A stretch of 64,000 bases of DNA. It comes from Cyanophora paradoxa CCMP329. Lineage: Eukaryota > Plantae > Glaucophyta. The position numbers were made by a program, and so were the translations under genes. The notes under the pieces are model-generated. The model was given only the letters and a program-made list of their open reading frames with translations, searched no databases and was not told the DNA's origin. Of the stretch, positions 47,073-56,060 are shown one piece after another. Location: positions 62,001 to 126,000 of the forward strand of contig QPMI01000208.1 of NCBI GenBank assembly GCA_004431415.1. Direction: 5' to 3'. How positions within the stretch are numbered: position 1 is the stretch's first letter; the number at the start of each line of letters is the position of its first letter.

Positions 47073-47780
47073 GCTGGCAGGCGACGGCGCGACAGAGGGA
47101 TCGTCCATATACCGCTCCATGGCAACGAAGGGATCCTCATATTGCTCGCTCGGTGCCGCCGCGGGCGAAGGCTGGGAGGTCGCCGCCGCTGCCCGCTTGC
47201 GACTCACGCGCTTAGGCATGTCCACGGGGGTCGCTGGCGAGGCCGCTGCCGCCGGCGGCTGCGTGCGTGGAGGCGTGGCCGGCTGATCATGCGAAGGCTG
47301 CGATTGCGAGGGCGCAGCTACTACCCGCTTGCGACGCGGGCGATCAGGCGTGTACACGGGGGTCGCTGATGAGGCAGCTGCGACAGGCGGCGTACACGGC
47401 TGTACAGGCGTACCCCCCCCCAAAGGCGTCCCTGGCGTCTCACAGCAGCCGCTGCCGGGGCTCTGCTCGAGCTCTGAGCGTACTGGCGAGACTTGTGGGG
47501 AGTCGCTCCCGCCCGCCGGCTCCGCCGCGGGAGGCGCCAGCGCGACCGCGGCCGTCGCATGCGCAGCTGGCGCTGCATGCGCAGGCTGAACGACTTGCTC
47601 GCTCAAAGCTGCGTCGCCAAAGTCGTCTGGATTCACGTCCTCGCCGAGGTCGTCCTGGCTGCCGCAGGTGCTGCCGCCAATCTGGCCGTGCCGCGGCCTG
47701 CCATCGCTGGCGCCGCCCAGCCACGCTCTAATGGAACCGAACGCTGAGCCGACCTTGGCAGACAGCACAGAGAGCGGCAT
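46451..47780 (-). CDS. Accessory protein, disordered with HLH-like C-terminal segment; 3' end uncertain
   Basis: ATG at 47780, Pro/Ala/Ser-rich region, NLS-like KRRK, then RIEEEDAALYRRLTGCKRV..ASKLLEAIEYLQQ. Possible intron from ~46814. Confidence 0.5.
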
Positions 47781-48089
47781 CTCGATCGCCGAACGCTAAG
47801 CTATAAGCGCTTTTGCTTTTCCCGCGCAAGTCCGTGGCTGGCCGCAATCTAGCTGCAGCTGGCCGTGGCTTGGAAGGGGGGGGAGATGGCTTGGGGGGGA
47901 TATAGAATTTGGTCTAGCCAGCTCGAACTCGAACTCAGCCGGCTGATAGCCGCCGTGACACGGCCGTGTTCAAAATTCAAATTCCATCCATTGTTAAAGC
48001 TCGCGAACTAGCGGGATGTCCAAAAGGTCGCGCCGTTTTCGGCCCGTCGAGGTCCGTCCGGGGCCGTCTGCGACATGCGAAACAGCTCC

Positions 48090-51000
48090 TTACGGGAGGG
48101 CAGCGGTGGGGCGGTTCTTGGCGCTCAGCGCGTGACCGACAGGGACCATCGCCTCCTCGTCCGAGCTGATGCCCTCGGGGTAGATGATGGCCTCAGCCTC
48201 AAGGGCCGTTTTCGGGGCGAAGGCCGCGGTCGGAGTCGACCCTGAGAACCACTCACGGGCGAGGCGTGGCGGGGCTTTGTAGCCCTGCTTGTGCAGCGTG
48301 AGCCCGTAGCGGTTCATGATCGACTGGTGCGCAGCGCGGAGCGCCGGCGACAGCTCGGACGGCTTGACCGTCAGCATGAGGGCCGGGTTCGCCAGCCAGT
48401 TGAAAACTGTGACCGTGGAGCGGGGCCCCAGCTGGTTGAGAAGGCGGCGCGCCCAGGCCGGAGCCTGCTCGCGCTGAGCTGCCGGGGCGGGTTGCTCCTG
48501 TGCCGGCGAGCTAGCGGGCGGGGGCGAGGGCGCCGGGTCCTGGCGCGGCGGGGGGACCGCTGGGGCGGCCCTCTCGACGAGCAGGACGGGCTCTCGGACG
48601 CTGACGCAGGGCGCAGCACTGCGCTCTTCGACTGCGGTGGCGCCCAGGGCTGCGCCGCTCGGGGAAACGTGCAGGTGCGCGGGCAGGTCGCCGTGAACTC
48701 GCGCCGCGCGAATGGGCTCGGCAGTCTCAGCTGCTTTGCGCACCATCCGAACGACTCGCGATCCGGTCGCCTCTGCCTCGCGGGCATGGATTTCGCGAAG
48801 ATCCCGTTGCCGCTCGCGTTCCAGCTGGGTGCGGAACTCACGAGTGACGTCGAGAGTGCGCCGGAGCGACTCGAGCTCGTTGCGAGGGCCCGTCGGAAGG
48901 GTCGACAGGAGGGACGTAACCGTGCCCTCGGGGAGAGTGATCTCCATGGAAATGTTTTGTTTCAGAGCCCGGCTCAGGAGCTCGAGCATTTGACAGCATC
49001 TTCTGTGGGCCTCTTTCCAATTGTCCTGCGGCGCCGCATTGCCGCCCTTCATTCGGCGGTACACGTCGTGCGCGGTGGTCACCCGGCGGTCAACCGTGTA
49101 CACCCAGTTCCGAAGATTCTGGAGTCCGGTGTCTCGCAGGCCCGGGTCACGGCAAGCCGCGCACTCTTGTGCAAAGGCCAGAAGGCCGAGAGTGGCGATG
49201 TTGGCCGCAGGGTCAAAAGAGGAAATCGACGCAGAAGGCCTGGCTTTCTTTTTCTCAGCGGTCTGCGACGTCGGCTGACCGGCCTGGGAGGAGGAGGCGC
49301 TACCCTCCGCAGCGGCAGCGTGCGGCCCCGTCGCACCCTGCTCAGACTGCCCCCCAGGCCCGCTCAGAAAGGGCTGCTTCCCCTTCTCGGCGGCCCGCAA
49401 GCGCTCAAGCTCGGCCCGTTCCGTGGCCGCTAGCGGCTCGGAAGAGCTCTGCGCCGCGGGCGTGGCGGGAGCCGAGCCCCAGCCCCACGCGGGCGCCATC
49501 GCGTACGTGCCGGCCCCGTGGCCGCCGTAGGAAGAGCGCGCTGTGGCCTGGTCCAGCTGGCGCAGCAGCGAGGCACGCAACGTGTCTGTCGTGTACTGCG
49601 CGCGCTTCTTTGCGTCCAGCTGGTGCGTAGCCTCGGCGTACGTCTTTTCCCACAGCGCGGTGTAGGCCTCGCGGGCCGTCGGGTTCTGGTAAACGCGAGA
49701 CGCGTCGCGAACGTGCTCGTCGTACCCGGCCTCTTCGGCGCCCTTGGGCGGCGTCGGTGGGCGGCCCTTTCCCTTCCTGGGGCTGCGGAGACTGTCCCGG
49801 CGGCGGTCGCGCGACCGGGAACGCGATCGTGAGCGCGTTCGGCTGCGCCGGTCCCGCGAGCTGCGGCGCGGGCTGCGGCTCGAACGGTCCCGGGAGGAGC
49901 TGCGCCGGGAGCGCGAGGGGCTCCTGCGGTCGTGGCGGCTTCGCGAGCTGCTCCGGCGGCGCTCAGGGGAGCGGTGCCGGCTGCGACGGTCGTCGCGGTC
50001 GCGGGACCGGCTGCGCCGGGAGTACTTCGATTGGGCCCGGGAGGAGCGGGCCGGCGAGCGCGAGCGGCGCTTTGAGGGTGCCCGTGAGGACTCCCTGTCG
50101 CGTTCACGGGTTGCCGGCGGGGCCGTAGTCTGGCTCGTGCTACTGCGCGGCGAGCGTTGGCCTTCTGTGACCCGAGGCCGATCAGGCGTGCGCCGGGGCG
50201 GCGGCGGGGCCATCGGCGTCTGCTCGCGTGGGGGAGGGGACCGCGGCGGGTGCTGCGGAACAGGCGGTGTGGTCGGGGGAGGCTGCCCGGACTGCCACTG
50301 CCCGGACTGCCACTGCTGTCCTGGCGGTCCGGGGGGCCAGGGCTGGGGGCCGGGCTGCCAGGGCTGACCCTGGAACCCCTGGTTGGGGCCGCCACCCTGG
50401 TAACCTCCGGGACCCTGCCAGCCGCCACGGCCGCGCCAGCCGCCGCCACGCCAGCCGCCACCGCCGCGCCAGCCGCCACGGCCGCGCGAGTCGCCTCCGC
50501 CTCGGCCGCCACGGCCACCATGGCCACCGTGGGGCGCAGCGTGGGGCGGGGTCTGTCCGGCCTGCTGAGGGGCGCTCGAGCTCGAGGCCGCAGCCGGGGC
50601 GACGGCCTGTGCGGCCGCGGGGGCGGGGCCCTCGTTTTCGAGCGGCGTGACGCCCGTCTTTGCATCATCGACTAGTGCCGGCGGGGGAACGAAGTGTGTC
50701 CCCGCCCACGAGGTGCGCACGTCGGCGTCGTAGATCGGCTGGTACGGCGTGCGGACCAGGTGGGCCTCGTCAGGGCTTTGCGCCTTGCCGCGCAGCTTCA
50801 TGACCGGAGCGGCGTTCTTCTGCGTGGTGACGGCGTCCCACATGAGCGCTGGTGAGAGAGCGTCGTTCTCCCATTCCGGGGACTTCAGGGCCTCCCAGTC
50901 GATCTTCGAGTCGCCGACGTGCCCAATCACATGCACGTACTCGGCGTACAGAGTGCGCAGGATTCCCTCGAAGTTCTCTCTCACGCCGAAGGCTGTGCCC

Positions 51001-54000
51001 GTGAACACGAAGCCGTGGGGGAAATTCTCGGGGTGGCTCCAGAGCTCATTGGCGGCTCGAGCGGCCTCGGTGTCGGGGAGCACAGTCGGCTTCCAGGTGC
51101 CGGCGACCTTGGTCACTGGCCAGTGATCCTCCTCGCCAGCCATAGGCGGGGAGGCAAGCTCGAGGCGCTGGTACCCGAGTCCCTGCGGCGTCTGAGCGAG
51201 GTAGTCGCGCAGGGCGCTCGCTACGACGCCCTCGTGCGTCGAGCGGTCCGTCGCCCGCTTCAGGTGGTACTCCAGAACGTCACAGAGCGTCTCGCTCTGT
51301 ACCGCGTTGAGCGGCGCCCGGCCGTCCTTCCGGCGCGGCAGCAGCGGGATCCCGGAGTGCTGGTGGCCCTGGAGAACGGCCAGGAGGATGCGCGAGCAGA
51401 TGGCCAGGCGGCCCTCGTAGTCGGGTACTACTTTACCCTGCTCGTACTTCCAAGCAAGCGTCGGGCGCCCATCGGCGTACGTCGGGCGCGCATCGCGGGT
51501 TCCCTTTTCCTTTTCGGGTTTGGACGGCGGCGGTGTGAGGAAGGCCCTGTGCAGAAATCGCACGAGGCCGTCGGGCACGACGCAGCGGTATGAGTTCAGA
51601 ATGGCGTTTGTGTCCTCGTCGAGCGAGGCCACATTCGCGATGTATCGCTCAACAACCTCGTCGCTGTCCTCGATGACCATCGGCGTGACAGAGAAGTCAT
51701 CGGACCAAGGCTGGCTGCCGAGCGCCTTGCCTGGCGCGTAAGCCTGGAAGCACCGGTGCTGCCACGCGACGGTGAAGCCGGCGAGGGTGCACGCGAGGTC
51801 TTCCTCCACCGGGATCGGGGCCCATGCGAGGGCGGACGAGGTGGCCCCCGCAGACAGCTCGTAGCCAAAGGCGTTGACGAGGGGAGGATGGGCCTTGCTG
51901 CGCTTCGGCGCGCGAGCTAGCTTCCCCATCGTGCCACCCAGCCAGAGCGCTTGGTTGGTTGCCTGGTGCCGAGCATTTGTCTTTGCGTCGGCATCGTGCA
52001 GCTTCCCAAGCACTGCAGTGCCCGCGACGATGCGCGGCGCGTAGGTGCGGACTACTTCGAAGCGCTCACTGTCGCTGCTCTGGGCAGTGCGCTTGTCGCA
52101 GAGCGGGCGGTGGAGATCGAGGATAACGGTCTCGCGCGCGTAACGCGTGCCGAACGGCGACGCGGCAGACTCGACTCGCGTGTCCGCGAGGTTGTTGTTG
52201 AGGACCGCCGTATACGGGGAGGGGTTCATGTCGTCCTGGATATACGGCGGGCTTTCATCGCCGGGGTCATCCACGAAGAAAACGGTGTACAACACGCGCG
52301 CCGTCTGGGCGAGCGCGGAGCTCATGGCGGCGTGCGCCGTTCCCTCATGCGAAATGTCCCACGGGCCTAGGTACGAGGGCACCATGGACTGCGCGGAGCG
52401 CGTGCCGACCGCCAGGTACTGCGCAACGTCCGGGTCGACGCCGCACATGACGTGCGCGAACGCCAGACCCTGGATATCGAACAGCCGGCTCTCCCGCAGG
52501 GGCAGCATCGGCGGGCCTACGGCCGCGAAAAAGTTCGTGATGCCGCGGGCAGCGCTCCCGACTCGCTTCAGGATAGTGGACGCAAACTCGCCCAGGTGCG
52601 TATCGAGGCCATGGATCGCGTCCCCGTAGCTCTCGTCCGTCTCAGTCTCCGAGCGCCACTGCAGCGGGTAGCTGATCGCAGGCAGGGCCGCCCAGTCGAG
52701 GACCGAGCTATCGAAGCAGCCGAGGGGGCGGAAAAACGAGCTCGTCTCAGACAGATACTGCTCGAGCAACGTGTGGTCGTTTAGATACGTCTTTTCCGTG
52801 AGAGAGAACACCGGGCGAGGCTTCCACTTCGGGTGAGGTGCGAAAGCGGCGCCGGCGTGGAGCCGAGCGACCTCGCCCTCCGCGCCCTCGTCGGGGCGGA
52901 GGTCCTCGCCCTCGGGAAGATCGACGAGGAAGGGGTGCAAGGGCGGGTCGGGCTCGTCGGTGTCAGCACCAGCGAGGCGGGCCTCGTCCACCGCGTACGT
53001 CTTCGGGCGACGCAGCATTTTCAAGATGGAGTCGCGCATCGCGGCCCACTCCGCCGTCGCAGCGGTCTCGAAGATGCTGGCCCGCGACGCAAGGCGCAGG
53101 TACTTACGAGCCCACCTCAGCCCCTTCGGCAGCTCCAGGGCTGCTCGGGCCGCCGACGGGGCTTCCGCGGCCGGGGCCTCGTCGAGGAGCAGCGCGTGGG
53201 CCTGCAGAAGGTAGCGCGCGACGCTCGACGGGATGACGACCGCATTCGGGTTGAAGCGATTCTCGTGCACCCAAGCCGGCGTGCGCGGCTGCGGGATGCG
53301 CCAGCGAGCCGTGAGATACCACTCGACATCGTCCTGCGCCCAGTCATGGAGGCTGGTCGGCAGGCCATCGGTCTGAGGAGTGATTTCAGAAACCAGCCCC
53401 AGGCCGAGCATGAGCAGCTCAAGAGCCGCAGCGTTCTCGCGGGCGATCCGAATGGAGCTCGGCGCGCGGCGGGCCGGGAGGCCGGCCAGCGGTACGACGG
53501 CGGGGAGCGGGTTGTCCGCGCGCTCGTACGGCTGCGAGCCGCACTCCTCGATGATGAAATCTTTCAAGTGGGGGACGCGGAGCGTCTCGAGCGTCCCCTT
53601 GACAGCGGACGTTTCAATACCCCAGCGTGCTGCCAGAATTTTGCGCTGGGCAGGCGGCCAATTCTCAAGGCTCTTGCCGCGGTTGTGCGGCGAGACCCTG
53701 GGCACTACGAGGGCTCCGCCAATGACCCCAAGCGCTTCGTACAGGGCGTACTGGGCGGGGTCGTCGGCGTCGGGAGTCCCGGCAGGCTCAGGCTGGGACG
53801 CGGGCTGCGTGGGCTCGCTGGGGCCCTCGCCGCCACCTCCCCCCTCATCGCGCTTCTCCGACATGGGCACATCACCCTCCTTGTCCTTCTGGGGCTCCTG
53901 GCCCTGGGCGCCCTTGCGGCCCCGCCCCTGGCCCCGCCGGCCGCCTCCGCGGCCCTGACCCTTCGCGCCCCCAGCCGCTGCCTGCCGCGGCTTCCCGCCA

Positions 54001-54959
54001 GCTAGTGGGCCAGGCTCGTGCGCAGGGTTGAGGGCGGGCGTCGGCGTCCGCGGAGGCGAGAGGCGGCCGCCGGGCAGGATCGCCGGCTCGGGCGCGGCTG
54101 TCTGCGGCACGAGAGCGGCCGCAGCCTGCAGCGTGAGCCCGATGGCCTTCACGGTGGCCTGGCCGTCGAGAGCGCGGGCGTGCGCCTCGCGATCGAGCTT
54201 CGAGGCGACCGGGGTCGTCGTCGGGCAGCTCGGATCCAAGCGCCACTTCTCTGCGAACGCGATGAGCTGGTCGACCTCCTCGTCGCTCAGACCGCCGCTC
54301 TTCCGCTTGAGGCGGCGGTACAGAAGGATGAGGTGTGCGCGCGAGTGGGGCGGAGTGCCCTCAATGTACTTGATGAGGCGGGCGCTGCCGGCACTCCCCG
54401 TCACAGTCTTAATGTGGACGAGGCTCTTCAGGGTTTCCAAGGGCTCGGTGGGCCCCAGGGGGCTCAAGATCGAGACCTCCTCCGGGATGATAGTGGGCTG
54501 ACGCCCAGCATCCTTGTCGGCATGCAAGGTCAGCTGCGTGCCCCGCGTCGCCGGCCGCACGAGCCCCAGGTACCAGCCCGTCGGGACTGGCGCCTTGGAG
54601 TCGCCAGGGGCCGGCGGGCGGTGACCCAGCAGCGCGTAGAGCCAGGCGGTGCACAGCGGAAGGTCGCGGAGCGCGAGGATGCGCTCGGCGGCGAGGCCCT
54701 CGCCGACCGACATCCGCTCGACGACGCAGGCGTCGCTGAGCCGGCTGTAGTCCGGGGCGCGCCCCTTGCGGTACGCCTCATGGCGCTCGTGGGCGGCCCT
54801 GGCCAGCCAGCCCTCAGTGTCCTTCACCGAGTGGAGCACCTTCGCTGACGGAACTGGCAGCTCGAGCGAGAGCGCCGCGGTCGTGAGCAGGTGCACCGCA
54901 GTCGTGAAGTCAAAGTCCGAGGGGCAGGCACGGCCTCGCTCGCGAGGAGAGCGGCACAC
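48090..54959 (-). CDS. 2289 aa uncharacterised ORF with RGG- and RS-rich regions; probable C-terminal part of the giant Gag ORF
   Basis: Uninterrupted 6.9 kb frame with protein-like composition. No domain recognised. Confidence 0.85.
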   Translation of the reverse strand: MCRSPRERGRACPSDFDFTTAVHLLTTAALSLELPVPSAKVLHSVKDTEGWLARAAHERHEAYRKGRAPDYSRLSDACVVERMSVGEGLAAERILALRDLPLCTAWLYALLGHRPPAPGDSKAPVPTGWYLGLVRPATRGTQLTLHADKDAGRQPTIIPEEVSILSPLGPTEPLETLKSLVHIKTVTGSAGSARLIKYIEGTPPHSRAHLILLYRRLKRKSGGLSDEEVDQLIAFAEKWRLDPSCPTTTPVASKLDREAHARALDGQATVKAIGLTLQAAAALVPQTAAPEPAILPGGRLSPPRTPTPALNPAHEPGPLAGGKPRQAAAGGAKGQGRGGGRRGQGRGRKGAQGQEPQKDKEGDVPMSEKRDEGGGGGEGPSEPTQPASQPEPAGTPDADDPAQYALYEALGVIGGALVVPRVSPHNRGKSLENWPPAQRKILAARWGIETSAVKGTLETLRVPHLKDFIIEECGSQPYERADNPLPAVVPLAGLPARRAPSSIRIARENAAALELLMLGLGLVSEITPQTDGLPTSLHDWAQDDVEWYLTARWRIPQPRTPAWVHENRFNPNAVVIPSSVARYLLQAHALLLDEAPAAEAPSAARAALELPKGLRWARKYLRLASRASIFETAATAEWAAMRDSILKMLRRPKTYAVDEARLAGADTDEPDPPLHPFLVDLPEGEDLRPDEGAEGEVARLHAGAAFAPHPKWKPRPVFSLTEKTYLNDHTLLEQYLSETSSFFRPLGCFDSSVLDWAALPAISYPLQWRSETETDESYGDAIHGLDTHLGEFASTILKRVGSAARGITNFFAAVGPPMLPLRESRLFDIQGLAFAHVMCGVDPDVAQYLAVGTRSAQSMVPSYLGPWDISHEGTAHAAMSSALAQTARVLYTVFFVDDPGDESPPYIQDDMNPSPYTAVLNNNLADTRVESAASPFGTRYARETVILDLHRPLCDKRTAQSSDSERFEVVRTYAPRIVAGTAVLGKLHDADAKTNARHQATNQALWLGGTMGKLARAPKRSKAHPPLVNAFGYELSAGATSSALAWAPIPVEEDLACTLAGFTVAWQHRCFQAYAPGKALGSQPWSDDFSVTPMVIEDSDEVVERYIANVASLDEDTNAILNSYRCVVPDGLVRFLHRAFLTPPPSKPEKEKGTRDARPTYADGRPTLAWKYEQGKVVPDYEGRLAICSRILLAVLQGHQHSGIPLLPRRKDGRAPLNAVQSETLCDVLEYHLKRATDRSTHEGVVASALRDYLAQTPQGLGYQRLELASPPMAGEEDHWPVTKVAGTWKPTVLPDTEAARAANELWSHPENFPHGFVFTGTAFGVRENFEGILRTLYAEYVHVIGHVGDSKIDWEALKSPEWENDALSPALMWDAVTTQKNAAPVMKLRGKAQSPDEAHLVRTPYQPIYDADVRTSWAGTHFVPPPALVDDAKTGVTPLENEGPAPAAAQAVAPAAASSSSAPQQAGQTPPHAAPHGGHGGRGGRGGGDSRGRGGWRGGGGWRGGGWRGRGGWQGPGGYQGGGPNQGFQGQPWQPGPQPWPPGPPGQQWQSGQWQSGQPPPTTPPVPQHPPRSPPPREQTPMAPPPPRRTPDRPRVTEGQRSPRSSTSQTTAPPATRERDRESSRAPSKRRSRSPARSSRAQSKYSRRSRSRDRDDRRSRHRSPERRRSSSRSRHDRRSPSRSRRSSSRDRSSRSPRRSSRDRRSRTRSRSRSRSRDRRRDSLRSPRKGKGRPPTPPKGAEEAGYDEHVRDASRVYQNPTAREAYTALWEKTYAEATHQLDAKKRAQYTTDTLRASLLRQLDQATARSSYGGHGAGTYAMAPAWGWGSAPATPAAQSSSEPLAATERAELERLRAAEKGKQPFLSGPGGQSEQGATGPHAAAAEGSASSSQAGQPTSQTAEKKKARPSASISSFDPAANIATLGLLAFAQECAACRDPGLRDTGLQNLRNWVYTVDRRVTTAHDVYRRMKGGNAAPQDNWKEAHRRCCQMLELLSRALKQNISMEITLPEGTVTSLLSTLPTGPRNELESLRRTLDVTREFRTQLERERQRDLREIHAREAEATGSRVVRMVRKAAETAEPIRAARVHGDLPAHLHVSPSGAALGATAVEERSAAPCVSVREPVLLVERAAPAVPPPRQDPAPSPPPASSPAQEQPAPAAQREQAPAWARRLLNQLGPRSTVTVFNWLANPALMLTVKPSELSPALRAAHQSIMNRYGLTLHKQGYKAPPRLAREWFSGSTPTAAFAPKTALEAEAIIYPEGISSDEEAMVPVGHALSAKNRPTAALP

Positions 54960-56060
54960 TTATGCAGGTCGATGCGACCGGTGTGGCCCCCGAAGCTTCC
55001 CGCAGTTTTCCAGCGAGCCCAGTGCTCGAGGAGGACGAGCGCGAGCCCGTAGGCATCCGTGTGCTCGTCGACCATGAGCGGGGCCGCGAAGTCGAAGTAC
55101 CGCTGGAGAATTTTCTCGGCGGCCTTAGACGACCCCGGGGCACCGTAGTCGAGGCGGTGCAGGTAATAACCGGCGACGCAGGCCGCAGCTGCCAGCCGCA
55201 GGCGGGTCTGGTCGGAAACCAACTGGCCGCGACCCAGGCGCGTCGATCCCATCAGCTGCATCTCGTGCGGCGCGAGTGCGAGGGCGATCGGGGACTGCGA
55301 GCCGACGCTCTCGTGGCCCCGGTAACCCTCGAGCCAGCCCGCGATCGCTATCTCGCCCGGCCGAAGCTTCTGGAGGTCCGGTTCCACCTCCGGCTTGCCG
55401 AAGGCGGTCAGGCCCTTCGTGGGCCACGGCCTCCCCTTGGCAACGCGCTGGGCGTGAAGGCCGACCTGCCGTACCAGGTGCATCGTGCTGAGGTAGCGCG
55501 TCGGCCAGGCGTGCGCCAGCAGGTCGCGCGAGGCGCTGCTGTGCCCCAGCATGTGCAAGAAAGCCGTCGGCAGGGTCGGGGAATCGGTATACACACTCTC
55601 ATCCGCAAACGGCTGCGTGAGCGCCGAGAGCAGGAAGGAGAAAGCCTGGCGAGTGCGGCCAGGGCAGCGGAACGCGGTAGCGTACCACTGCACCTCCGGC
55701 TGCTCGACCAGGCCCTCGAGGCAGTACGTCACACAGTGGCTGAGGCGAGGGTTCGGGTACACGAAACCCTCGCGCCCTAGTTCCACGGGAGCGGCACCCT
55801 TCAGCTTGTGCCCCTGAACATCCCAGAGGATGGCCGGGCCCAGCTCGGCCTCGCGGCCGGGCTCCTCCGTGAGATTTAGGGCGCCGAAGTGTGCTACAGT
55901 GAACCCAGCGCGCGCAAGGTAAGCGCGGTTGGTGCGGATGCACTCCTTAGAGGCGGCCTCGCGATCCTCCTCGGCCGCCGAAGCGCCGTCGTCCGTGACC
56001 GAGAGGCTCGCAACGGTCTCAGCGCCCGACGAGTACTCCAGGCAAGGGCCGACCCGGCGG
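54824..56060 (-). CDS. Middle part of the giant Gag ORF, bounded by 1 bp frameshifts
   Basis: The frame of ORF 54824-55786 stays open upstream to at least ~56060. Both junctions fall at C-runs. Confidence 0.65.
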
